A DNA stretch of 61,550 nucleotides, filler included, from Hausera hauseri (taxonomy: Eukaryota): the NCBI GenBank assembly GCA_046269625.1. It is 8 parts of 8 records of this genome, joined end to end, with 100 filler letters (N's around TTAATTAATTAA, not from the genome) between each part and the next. Parts side by side here need not be neighbours in the genome. Positions count along the whole stretch, not along the records: positions 47,689 to 54,266 come from JBJURY010084991.1; positions 54,367 to 61,550 come from JBJURY010032780.1; 6 more parts are not named here. One strand, 5' to 3'. The position numbers and the translations under genes are program-made. The notes beneath the pieces were generated by a model. It ran no database searches, had not been told where the DNA came from, and saw only the letters and a program-made list of their open reading frames with translations. Below, piece by piece: positions 48,804-61,550 of this stretch (position 1 is its first letter; every line of letters starts with the position of its first letter).

Positions 48804-50070
48804 GGTCGGCCGAGAAAAGATGGAATTCTTTTTAAAATATTTGCATCCTGGCACACACGACCTTGCCTGAGACTGATATTTTATATGATAAATGCAGATT
48901 GGACTGTTTATTTCATAATGTTTGTCGTAAAATCGACAGCCCGAAAGACACTTCCTTGAGCCTCTGCGGAACGTTTCATGGTAGAAGTAAGTTATTCGTC
49001 TGTCCGGCGATTTGTCACGAAAAGAATGCATAGAGAGTCTACGCTCACGCCAGGGGCAAGTCTCACCTCGTCGAGATGCAGCTAGAGTATTTAACTGAGC
49101 TGCAATGGCCGAAATTGACTGTTTCAGGGAGTCGAATTGTATTTGCATTACTTGTAGTTGCTGTGTGAACATAGTCGTATCTGTTTGTGATTGCCTAAGC
49201 GGGGATACAACAGCTACTAGTTGTGAGTTGTTTGATTGAAGGATATCAAAGCTTTTATCAGCCGGTAAGGAGAGTTTTTCAAGTGCTGCTGAATCATCTA
49301 CAACAGTGAGAAATGCTCTGATGGAAGTGGGTAAGGAAGAAAAAAAAATACCGAAGAAGATCGGCATTGTTTGTAGGAGTGATTCCTAAGCAACTCAGTT
49401 GAGAAATTGCGGTTTTAAGGAAATCAGACGGCTTTTGAGTTCCGATAGCATGCTCATTAAAGTATTACTGTATTATGTTAACCATTGAAGGATCGGTAAT
49501 ATGTAGGACCGATTCATGGAGTATGTCGTACGGTAATGAAGAAGTGAGAATATCATCAAGATTATTGATTTTCTGTTTGATATTTTCTGGAAGTAACAAG
49601 CTGTTAGAACGCAAGAAAGAATCGGTGATATAATTGGCTTTATGCCATTGCAAATTAAATTGTAGCCAGGTGCGATTGAATTTGTTTTGTCAAGGAAAAC
49701 TCAGCACAAGGAAGGTTAGGAGAGGCAGATAGTGTAGGGTCAGCAGGACGACGACCCGATCTGGTTTTGGTGGCGTTTTCAACATAAGAAGGATCGGTAT
49801 CCGATCCATCCCGTATACGAAAGTGGAGAGTAAGATGGATTATTGAAGAATAAAAGGAAGCAAGTCGGTCACAGACGCTAAGGATTGACCCATGATGCGA
49901 TATATAAAAGTCTGAGGTTTGAAGCAGGAAAAATAAATGTGTAAAGCCATTGTGCAGTTTCTCTGTGTGTGTCGCACTGAGCGTATACATGTGCTTATGT
50001 TTAGAAAAAATAAAAAGGGAATGGGGACGTAGTGCAGCGGGGGTGGACACGCGCGGTCCCTCAACCAGAC
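48804..50070 (-). mobile_element. Mag-like gypsy gag remnant related to the element at 24922-30312
   Basis: SDFYISHHG, FFSSLPTSIRAFL..LEKLSLPAD, two tandem YH...C...C knuckles. Confidence 0.8.
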
Positions 50071-50194
50071 AATTCCTTGGTTGCGCATTTAGTTTACGTA
50101 AAATGTCCTCTAACATTTCATTATCGTCAGGAGAATTATAATCTATTTCCAAGGGTGGTTGTGGTTATGGTGATTATCTGTAGATGCTTACATT

Positions 50195-50875
50195 TTAATT
50201 GACATTAGTATGTGCTTTTCCAAACCGATCCATGCGCACTATTATTTCGCGATTGTGTACAATTTTTGAATTAAATAAATATATGGATAAAATAACTTCA
50301 TCAGAAGACTCGAATTCGGCCGTTCCAAATCCACGAGAATTACCATTCGGATCGGTAATGGGCGCATTAATTGGCTTCTGGTTTTCATAATCCATCGAAG
50401 TTACGAAAGATGCGGTTTTTGAAGGAGTTAACAATACCGTAGTAAGTTTGTCGAATGATTTTATACTTGAATTTGACGAACCGAGGGGGAAATTTGGTGA
50501 CGGATAAAACGGTAAATTGGATGTTGTGCCAAATATTGATTTACCAATAGAATTTGGTACGGTGGAAGAATGATTTGTTGATGTAAATGGTACCAGAGCA
50601 GGATTATCGATTAACAATTTTGAAGTATTACTTGGAAAACCAAAGAATTGGTTTGTTTGTAAACTAGATGATAAATTGGCTGTTGAATGAGACAATGCAG
50701 CCGAAGTGAGTGCGCCAAAATTTTTCCTTTGGTTCAAACTTGATGATGAAACCCATGGTAAACTGGCCTTTGTCCCTGGAAGAGGGTTTTCATTCAATCT
50801 CGTTTTCACCGTCTCATGTTTCATTTCTACTTTGTTTAATTTAGTAGTCACTGGAATTCGGCACACCATAAGCAA
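50195..50875 (-). pseudogene. mosaic ORF ending in a half RRM (hnRNP M/MYEF2-like)
   Basis: S/T/F/G-rich segment followed by DPNGNSRGFGTAEFESSDEVILSIYLFNSKIVHNREIIVRMDR (RNP1 plus C-terminal half of an RRM). Confidence 0.55.
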
Positions 50876-51039
50876 GAAAGTATTCGCAAATTTCTCCGTT
50901 GCTCAGTTGAATAGAAATAATTTGATTGATATCAACTTTTCCCAAATCTACTTTCCAATTTGATGAGATGCTGTACTCTGTTCGCGCAGAATCAGGGTTA
51001 TCCGTCGACATTTTGTCTGGTTCATGGAACTTTGAAATG

Positions 51040-52009
51040 ATCACCACTTCACTGACAGACTGAGCACCGCCGATTGGTGGCAATGACAAACAAGGAACAC
51101 TTTCGAATAGCCCTCTGGCGATAATGTGGCTGATATGCTCATTGACAGTGAATATTTCCCGATCGATGACTTCCCCATAGAGACTGACCAAATTCCGAAA
51201 CGACTCACAGTCAACAATCGTCAGTCCCGTCAATACGAGGTACAGTAAAGTCCAAAAACTGGAAGAGCCAATCCTGTATAGAATGTTTCAAAGTCTTGTT
51301 CAGACACTCGACAATGGGGCAACCACGAATTGCCGATGAGTACCGGCACGTATCGGCGTCACGGCCAACTCACAGAGCAACGTCAACAGCAGCTGATGGT
51401 TGTCAATAATTCCCATCAAACCAACAGATAGATTCTCCATTGATTTAACGTCATTGCAACTGTTAAATTCTTACATGTCGACCATTTCCAATGCACGCAT
51501 TAAATTATTCGTCGTCAGTTCGATTGAACAACTAAATGCCTCGTGCTTCCATCGGTTTTCTACGTGGAAACTTCGATGCAGAATAAAATTTTCCAATTGC
51601 GACAGACACTCACAAATAATTTCGTTTTACGAACCAGGCGGCTGCGGAAGTACGTTGAATGAACAAGGTAAACTGCCTAATGGTAATCCGTTCAAATAAT
51701 GTCCAGAGATTTTGACGTTATTCCATACGACAGAGGACAAACAGTGAAAATTAACGATGTTATAACTTCACTGAGGAAGAGCAAGGCAGACCGATGTAGT
51801 GGGCAACTCATCAACTCCTGATAAAAATCCGTTAGAATTTTCACTCGTTCTTCGTCAATTAAACTTCCAAAAGCATTACATGCACAATAAATTAATAATC
51901 GGGTTAAAATTTCACTGTCCTTAAATCGATCACCAAAATTCAACACGAAGGGCAAAAAGAATTTTATCAACGGTTCACATTCAAATCCCACTTCTGACAC
52001 CAATTTCAC
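51040..52009 (-). pseudogene. MED12: Mediator subunit 12 (LCEWAV domain) fragment
   Basis: ELMSCPLHRS, RSFHVENRW, LLCELAVTPIRAGTHRQFVVA, FRNLVSLYGEVIDREIFTVNEHISHIIARG are colinear with MED12; several in-frame stops and frameshifts. Confidence 0.8.
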
Positions 52010-52752
52010 ATAAAACTATATAAGATGTGTGAAGCATTTAACGCCGTATAAAGTTTATTATTCAAAAAAAACCATTAATCAATTTTTTATATACATTGTT
52101 ATAATACATAATACATATAATATAATACATAATTTACATAGGCCAAAAATGCATACGTAATCGACGGAATATGATAGTTAGACTAAAGCACTGCACTCTG
52201 GCATCACAAGATTCTTCTGCATATTAGTAGGGAAAATTGTAGAAGTGTGAAATGACGGAACAATCTCAGGTTTGCCTGCGAAATTTTTGTATCACACCCG
52301 GAATCTAAATATTCTGATTATCAGTAAAGTACTTTTCAATGTAATAAGGTCTTTGTACAGCAACATTCTGATGGATACAAACTTATCGTTATTTTTCCTC
52401 GAAAAGGTGATATGTGACTGATGTTGTTCATCATTTACTGGGAATAACTGTAAGATGAAAATATAAATTTCTAGCTGAAAGTTGAGATAAATAGTGAGAA
52501 AAATCTATGCCATGCTTAACCGATGGCTGAAGTGTTAGACAGCATCGTAACGTTTTTTGATGTTTTACCAATTTTACTACATAATATTGTGATGGTGGAC
52601 AACTGCTGATTTCAACTGTTCTTCGCTTCATTAAGCGCAATGTAGACCTGACATGGATTAATGTTACCACGATGAAATAAACTGCACGACATGTATCTGC
52701 CGAATGAATGGTCAGTTTTCAGCATCTGATTTTCTTTTTTTAATAACCAATT

Positions 52753-52881
52753 TTGTCAAGTCACAAACTGTCAATTCCTCGTGAGCTGCTGCATCTTCTG
52801 ATATTTTCTGATGAATTGCCTCATTCATACGATCAGCATTTTGGTGGGGACACGATATGTGTCCGCCACCACGTCACCACA
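52753..52881 (-). repeat. ~130-nt TG...CA unit, copy 2
   Basis: reverse complement of 48673-48803 with shared core TGTCAATTCCTCGTGAGCTGCTGCATCTT. Confidence 0.8.
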
Positions 52882-54266
52882 CCGATAACCAATGACAACA
52901 GTACGACCATAATACGGAAAAGCGCCAAATTCCAGGACCAGACTATGAGAGCCGATCGTCCGGAAAAACAGTACTCCGATTGTGCCCCAAAAGAACAACC
53001 TCCAATACCAGACCGAGTCAATAGCCCATCAAAGAGAAGATCAATATCATTCCGGGCTACCGAATCGCTAAGGTACCCCAGCGCATGTTGGAGCAGTTGT
53101 ACCAACTGGTAGTAGTAGTTCTTTTGATGAACCTACCGCGGAGGAGTGCTAATGGTCGAACCGGCGAGGCTCCGAGCCGCACATAGGGCAAAGCCGGGCA
53201 AAAACACGGCACGCCCCGCACCGATTCTATTCGGATTTCCGCGCAGTATGATAATTGTTGCACAAGAGTTGATTCGTGCGGCACTTGAGCCATCTACCGG
53301 AGAGTAACCCCTATTCTTTGCCACGAACTTGTCTGGGCAAGTTCTATGCAGATGGGGAGAACAGGCAACTGTTCGACTCTTCGGTTTTCCTGAGGATCTT
53401 CCTCAGATTGGTGGCCGAGACCGACAGGATGTTCTAGTTGCTGGTTCCATCGGACAGCCAGTTGATTACCCAGAACCGAACACACAGGACACGACGCCGG
53501 AGACTAGTTAGCACTAGCTCGAAGAAATCCTTTGAATCCGCGAACGAACTAAACGACAATGAATTCGGAAATATACGTGTTTTTTATTTTGTTGATCCCA
53601 GTCGTTTTGTTCGACTGTTTCGTTCGTATGTCCCGTAATGTTTACAAACCTGTTATCCCCATATGCAACACTGAAGTGTGGTAATTTTCAACTCTAGTAC
53701 AAAGACGGCGTTAATCGATTCTGGTTTCAGTAAAATGACTAATGACTTAAGGCAAAGGAATAGCAGGGTTGTTATGATATATGGTGTTGATTTTTGGTTT
53801 CCGTTACACCATTCTGCAAAACCAACAAGAAATCTTTTGAACCCAAAATTAACGACCTTTCAGGGTGCCGCGAACCGCCCCTTGTGCATCGTAGTCGCAA
53901 CACCCTTCATTTAATATCGTTTCCGGACAAGGGGATTTGGTTTTCTGTACAGCAAAAATTTTGAAACTCATGAAACTTTTTTTGGTCGAACAGACTTCGA
54001 AATTCCTTCTCCAAATAAAACATGATCGCTGCGTATCAATAATGTCAATCGAAAGAGATTTATGAATCAAAAGAAACCGACAAATATTAGATTAATACCA
54101 AATTACAAATTGAGACAATTAAAATACTTTCACGAAAAATAATTGCAAATTGTCGAAAGTGCAAATTAATGCCGTAGAATATGAACGAAGTATTGGAAAT
54201 TACGGTGTTTTAAAGATTTTGGTAATTCTGCACCAGAAATTTGGTCTATTTCGAAGTATGGTGCCC

Positions 54267-54366
54267 NNNNNNNNNNNNNNNNNNNNNNNNNNNNNNNNNN
54301 NNNNNNNNNNTTAATTAATTAANNNNNNNNNNNNNNNNNNNNNNNNNNNNNNNNNNNNNNNNNNNN
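54267..54366. other. artificial contig spacer
   Basis: same 100-nt linker. Confidence 0.99.
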
Positions 54367-54367
54367 G

Positions 54368-56307
54368 AATTTTGTAGAAAAAAAATTCGGGGATAAAAAT
54401 TCTCCTCTTTTGGTTTCAGTTCGCTCTGGTAGTGGAGTTTCTATGCCAGGGATGATGGATACCATCTTGAACTTAGGTATCAATGATATGGTAGTAGAAG
54501 GGCTTGCCATACAAACACAAAATGAGCGTTTTGCTTATGACTGTTATCGTCGTTTTATTCAAATGTATTCGGATGTGGTAATGGGGGTTTCAAACAAAGG
54601 GTTTGAGGAGATTTTAGAGCATAAAAAACAAGCTTTTGGGGTGAAAGAAGACAGTGAACTTTCTGTTTCCCATTTGAAAGATCTGGTGGTAGAGTTTAAA
54701 AAATATGCAGAACTAAAAACAAGAATGCCTTTCCCACAAGATCCAAAAGATCAACTTTGGATGGCAATTCGAGCAGTTTTTGATTCTTGGATGAGTGATA
54801 GAGCCATCTTTTATAGGAAAATCCATTCTATTAGTGATACCCTTGGGACCGCAGTCAACGTGCAATCTATGGTTTTTGGTAATATGGGAAATACAAGTGG
54901 AACGGGAGTTGCTTTTACAAGAGATCCGTCCACAGGAGAAAGAAAATTTTATGGAGAGTACTTGGTAAATGCCCAGGGAGAAGACGTTGTTGCTGGGATC
55001 CGTACGCCAAATCCTATTTTTAATGGATCTAATTCTTTAGAAAAAAAAATGCCGAAAGTTTTTCATGAGCTTTGCAATGTGTTTAATCTTTTGGAAAATC
55101 ATTACAAGGACGTGCAGGATATTGAGTTTACTATAGAAAATGAAAGGCTTTGGTTACTTCAAACAAGAGGGGCAAAGAGGACAGCAGCTGCTTCTGTTAA
55201 AATTGCTTATGACATGGTAGAAGAGGGCATGATAACCCCTGAAGAAGCCCTTATGCGTATAGATGAAAATAGCCTGAATCAACTCCTTCATCCCCGTCTG
55301 GATTCTTCAGTGAAAAAAAAATTACTAGGAGAGGGTCTTCCTGCATCACCGGGAGCTGTTTTTGGGAAGATTGTCTTTACTGCAGAAGAGGCAGTCAAAC
55401 GAAGTAAAAAGGGAGAAAAAGTTCTCTTAGTTCGCCTGGAGACAAGTCCAGAAGACGTAGAGGGAATGTATCACTCAGAGGGAATAGTAACGGCACGTGG
55501 TGGGATGACGTCTCATGCTGCAGTGGTGGCTAGAGGGATGGGGAAGCCTTGTGTCTGTGGTGTGATGGATCTTATTATCAATGAAGAAAAAAAGATCCTG
55601 ACTATTCGAGGAAAGGAATTTAAAGAAGGTGATGATTGGACGATCGAAGGTTCTTTAGGTCAAATTATAGATGGTATTCACCCCACTATTCCTGCAAAAA
55701 TGACGAAAGAATTTCTAAAAATTCTGGAGTGGGCTGATTCTGTTCGGACCCTCAAGGTTAGAGCTAATGCAGAAACAGTAGAAGATACAAAGAAGGCTGT
55801 AGAGCTTGGTGCTGAGGGGGTAGGCCTTTGTAGGACTGAGCATATGTTTTTTGAAGGCACAAGGATACAGTATTTTAGGGAAATGATTCTTTCTTCCAAT
55901 GAACAAGAAAGGCAAGTAGCCTTGAATAAGCTTTTACCCATTCAGCAAAAAGATTTTGAAAATATTTTTGAAATTATGGAGGAAAAGCCTGTTACCGTTC
56001 GTCTTTTGGATCCACCTCTTCATGAATTTTTACCACATACGGAAGAAGATATAGAAATTTTAGCGAAATCTTCGGGTTTTTCAAAAGAATATATCAAAAA
56101 TCGTGTAGTTAGTTTGACGGAAAAAAATCCGATGCTTGGGCATCGAGGTTGTCGCCTTGGTATCACGTATCCCGAAATTTATCGCATGCAGGTAAAAGCT
56201 CTTTTGAAGGGAGCTTATAATATTTTTAAAGCAACAGGAAAACATATTGACGTGGAGATGATGATTCCCGTAGGAGGGGAGATTAAAGAGTTAGAATATC
56301 TAAAAAA
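54368..56307 (+). CDS. ppdK: pyruvate phosphate dikinase, partial (both ends missing), probably bacterial
   Basis: LLVSVRSG..SMPGMMDTILNLG, NAQGEDVVAGIRTP, phospho-His motif GGMTSHAAVVARG (His codon 55514), GLCRTEHMF, VRLLDPPLHEFLP, NPMLGHRGCRLG; intronless; stops being PPDK after EMMIP. Confidence 0.96.
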
Positions 56308-56514
56308 ACACATTTTATACATACATTTGTGTTAAAATAACACATTTTGACACAAATTTGTGTTGATTTGAGTGACACAATAGTTGTGTTAAAATGACAA
56401 ACACATTAGTTGTGTCATAAATGACACACCGTGTGTTGTCCCTGAGCTGATTCGACACATGTGTTAAATTTGGACACATCATGCGCTGTTTTTGACACAT
56501 GTGTTTTAAGAGTG
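56300..56514. mobile_element. fish-type non-autonomous CACTA/EnSpm-like element end
   Basis: repeated TGTGTT/TGACACA subterminal motifs ending TTTTAAGAGTG (reverse complement CACTCTTAAAA). Confidence 0.55.
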
Positions 56515-57130
56515 AAGTGTCAAAAATGAACTGTCCTTGTTCAAAACATGTCTGAGTAAGATGCAGAACACAAACGCAGCAAAACTGAACGAGTTCATGG
56601 AAGAGTTTCAGATAGTAACCCCCTAACATGTTTTTTGTTTGTTTTATTTTATCTATTTTATTTTATTTCATACTTTGTTTGAACTTCTGTTACCCAAATT
56701 ATTGGAATAAAACAGGAGACGTGTATATTTTCTGTACGTTTGTTATAGAAGTTGTGAATAAGTGTTTTTTTGTTGTTAATGCTTGAATGTTCAATAAAGA
56801 AAAAAGTAATGCTTGTAATTGTAAATGAAGTTTTTGAGTAATAGTTTTGTTGAATATAAGAGAGTAAGTGTGATGTTTTTCTAAATGTTTCCCATGTGAT
56901 GTAAGTGAAAGTTTCTATGTTGGATTTGAAGATGTAAAGATTCCAAAGGTGTTGAGAATGAGCATTAAAAGAAAACATGTAAGTAAGCAAAAAGGGCTGA
57001 GCGTAAACTGTCCTGTTACCTGGTCTGTGTTTGACAGTAAAAAGAGCAAAGACACATGAAAGCAATATTAGGTAAAAGACAAATGTAAAATATGTGAAAT
57101 TAATGTTCACTTTGATTGCGCGAATCAAAC

Positions 57131-57200
57131 TGAGGCGGGGATCGAACTCTGGTCGGGAGGGCGTCTGCTTGGCAACCCTACGCGCTTCCAGTGAGCCATC
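57131..57200 (-). repeat. tRNA-derived Pol III (SINE-head-like) segment
   Basis: minus strand A box TGGCTCACTGG and B box GAGTTCGATCC; no cloverleaf. Confidence 0.55.
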
Positions 57201-57989
57201 AAGGAGGGCTATAAATTACTCTGGGATCTGATCAACGTGGTCTATAACACGTCAACGTGTTTATTTTGTTAGTTTTAGTAATGTTTCAGATTTAAATAAA
57301 TGAGCAGCAAATAATCAGAAGCAAATTTACGGATAATGTAAAAAACAAAAGGCAAATGCCGCTGGCTTTAAAGGAAATACACTTGTTTTCAAAGCTTCAG
57401 GGCTGCACTTCAATGGAAACAAATGGGACATTAGCACAAACCTAATGAAAACTTAATGTGAATTTATCTATAGAATCTGTAAATATATTGTCTTGTTCTT
57501 TTTTATACTTGAACACTATACCTGGCAGACACATGTTTGTAATGTTGATCAAAACTTACAAAACAAATTACCCGGCATTGATTAAAAATCAATTTGTTTT
57601 TATTTTTCCTTTTCTACTAGCTTCATGGCGATGTGAAAAATGTTGGGAAAGGCTCCGTTTACACCCGCATGTGCGCAAGCGCAAATCATGCATTGGGCGC
57701 GCGGGGTGGCTTGACTATGCCAGTTTCTGCTCGATTCTTCTCCCTGGTATATAGATCCATACTGGCACCAACCCCATATGCCACAGTAGCCTTTCCTAAC
57801 ACGATTTAGTAAGAACATTCAGCCTTTTTATGTACCTATTTTCAAAGGTAACTGTCACTTACGGTTATGACAAAAATATTTTGCGTTAAAATTAAATCCA
57901 GACAGAAAAAACAGTTCGTCAGCATCATTTTGAACATGTTAGCTCTTATTTTCAACCATTTTTCTTCTGTTTTAGCTGTTGGAGAGCAG

Positions 57990-58260
57990 ATGCATGATGG
58001 GAAAAGGAAGCGCGCCGCGTGACGTCATCAACGTCTAGTCCGGTTGTTTGTCGCCTCCTGGTAAAATAATAGAGGAACTGCAGTAAAAACGCAGCCGGAT
58101 CCTGGAGGGGGTTTCGGCCCTGATGAGATGCCAGATGCTGTGAAGCTCCGCTCATGTTTGCTGCTTTCAGCTTTAGTTTTCTTGCTGCACTAAACCCTCA
58201 CTAGCTGTTAGCAGGGAAGCTAACTAGCTACTAGCTGTTGATGGGCCAACTGTCATGGAC
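57990..58260. promoter_or_regulatory. teleost-type promoter/first-exon-like CpG-rich region
   Basis: CpG-rich stretch with CRE TGACGTCA and TAGCTA-type repeats typical of teleost 5' regions; the gene it serves is not identified. Confidence 0.35.
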
Positions 58261-58536
58261 ATTTAGGAGCTTTTAGTCGGCCTAAATGTGATTTATAATA
58301 CGTTATTTTATGTTTAAAACCGTGTCCTATTGCGTACTGGTGTTAGTTGTATTTTAATTAAACAAAATGTGACTGTCGCTCTAAAATAAGAAGGTAATTC
58401 TGTTATAAGATATGAGAGCTCTGTGATGAAGTTAAATTCAAAGCAGTCTGCTCCTCAGATAAATAGTGTTAAATTATTATTTTATATATCAGTGTTTCTG
58501 TCAACTTATTGTTTTTTATTATTATTTTTTAGTTAG

Positions 58537-60403
<1,867 letters not shown>

Positions 60404-60419
60404 GTACGATCAATGTCAA

Positions 60420-61075
60420 AACTTCAACTTCACACCGTTCAAGTTCAAGTTTCTTTATTGTCATTCACATCACATGTGGTACATGAGGTGGAATGAAATT
60501 GTGTACACAGTACCAGTTACATCCAACAATAAAATGTAAAATATGAACTAAGAAAAACGTTAACTAAAAATTTGCTGAGCACTAATGGCATAAAAGCAAT
60601 ACGCCGAACAGCAGCATGAACATGATGAGTCTGTGTGAGCAGATGAGTATGAATGAACACAGCAACAGGAAACAGATCAGCAGCAACATGAAACAGATCA
60701 GTAGCAACATGAAACGGATCAGCAGCAACAGCAAACAGATCAGTAGCAACAGGAAATGGATCAGCAGTAACATGAAACAGATCAGTAGCAACAGAAAACA
60801 GATCAGCAGCAGCAGGAAACAGATCAATAGCAACATGAAATGGATCAGCAGCAACAGGAAATGGATCAGCAGTAACATGAAACAGATCAGTAGCAACAGG
60901 AAACAGATCAGCAGCAACATGAAACAGATCAGCAGCAATGTGATGTGATTTTTCACAGTGATTACCCTGGTTAGAGATTCATGAGTGTAACAGCCTCAGG
61001 GTAGAAGCTGTTCCTCAGTCTAGTGGTTCTACACCTAGTGCTTCTTAACCTTTTTCCTGAGGGGCGCGAGTAAAA
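60420..61075 (-). mobile_element. LINE (Rex1/Babar-like) 3' fragment
   Basis: PSGKRLRSTRCRTTRLRNSFYPEAVTLMN C-terminus; tail AATAAAG...(CTTGAA)n near 60420-60460. Confidence 0.65.
60650..60938. repeat. 21-nt minisatellite
   Basis: ~13 copies of CAGCAGCAACA(T/G)GAAA(C/T)(A/G)GAT. Confidence 0.95.
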
Positions 61076-61079
61076 GATA

Positions 61080-61118
61080 ATGGATGGATGGATGGATGAT
61101 GATGGATGATGATGGATG
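61080..61118. repeat. GGAT/GAT microsatellite
   Basis: ATGGATGGATGGATGGATGATGATGG... Confidence 0.85.
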
Positions 61119-61550
61119 TGTAGTGATATACCTCCTCCATCAATCTGTCTCTCAAGACCTTTGGAAAGGACAGAAACTGTTATTCCATTAATTTGAATCC
61201 AGGACACAAAATTATCTCACCAAGAGACTTTTTATTTTTGTCCTAAGTCAAATAATCAGAAGAACAATCTTCTTTATTGTATTATCATTACTATTTTTCA
61301 ATATCTTGATAATCAAAAGACTCTAATCAAAGTCATTGTGATGACATTTTAAATCAACTGTGATTAATTAAGAGAAAAGAAACAACAATTTAATTTGTGT
61401 ATCTTTTGCTTATTTGAAGGTGTTTTAGTTCATATCATTTTTAATGTTGAAGTAATCATTTAAATCAACTGTGGAGACAGTATTAATGATTTTAAACTTC
61501 ATTAGTTAAATGTGTTTTACTGAGAAGTAATTCTGATTCTGCAAGAGTGT

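Noticed and set aside
54368-56335. Functional horizontally acquired fish PPDK gene
   Set aside because: C-terminally truncated, no introns or amelioration, abrupt junction; a chimera is more parsimonious.
57131-57200. Functional tRNA gene
   Set aside because: A and B boxes only; acceptor and anticodon stems do not form.
60582-60956. Heptad-repeat proteins (MKQISSN / LLLICF) or a CRISPR array
   Set aside because: Contiguous 21-nt minisatellite with no unique spacers and no cas genes; the open frames result from the repeat unit.

Overview
This window is eight unrelated contigs joined by seven artificial 100-nt spacers (44 N + TTAATTAATTAA + 44 N), and they come from at least three genomes. 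(1) An AT-rich, short-intron, fast-evolving invertebrate animal (contigs 1-7076, 7177-15564, 22736-30820, 43634-47588, 47689-54266). These carry an intact two-exon RPB1 gene, the 5' exons of a bestrophin, decayed hAT-type transposases, decayed Ty3/gypsy elements, MITEs, and broken fragments of DEG/ENaC, RecQ, MED12 and RRM genes. (2) A teleost fish (30921-43533, ~56300-61550, probably 15665-22635). These carry an essentially intact gamma/epsilon-like endogenous retrovirus (gag-UGA-pol-env-LTR) followed by a second diverged gag copy, the FBXW7 gamma-isoform exon, a non-coding LTR element and a POLQ pseudogene. (3) A probably bacterial ppdK fragment fused directly to fish repeat DNA. The most interesting signals are a 2H-phosphoesterase domain (HVT...HIS) inserted between protease and RT in the ERV Pol, single LTRs flanked by both a PPT and a PBS in two different elements (each with a hairpin abutting the PPT), short TG...CA units sitting at mosaic junctions in the invertebrate DNA, a strictly di-heptad-periodic RPB1 CTD, and the ppdK/fish junction. 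All homology calls are from motif recognition by eye; no searches were run.
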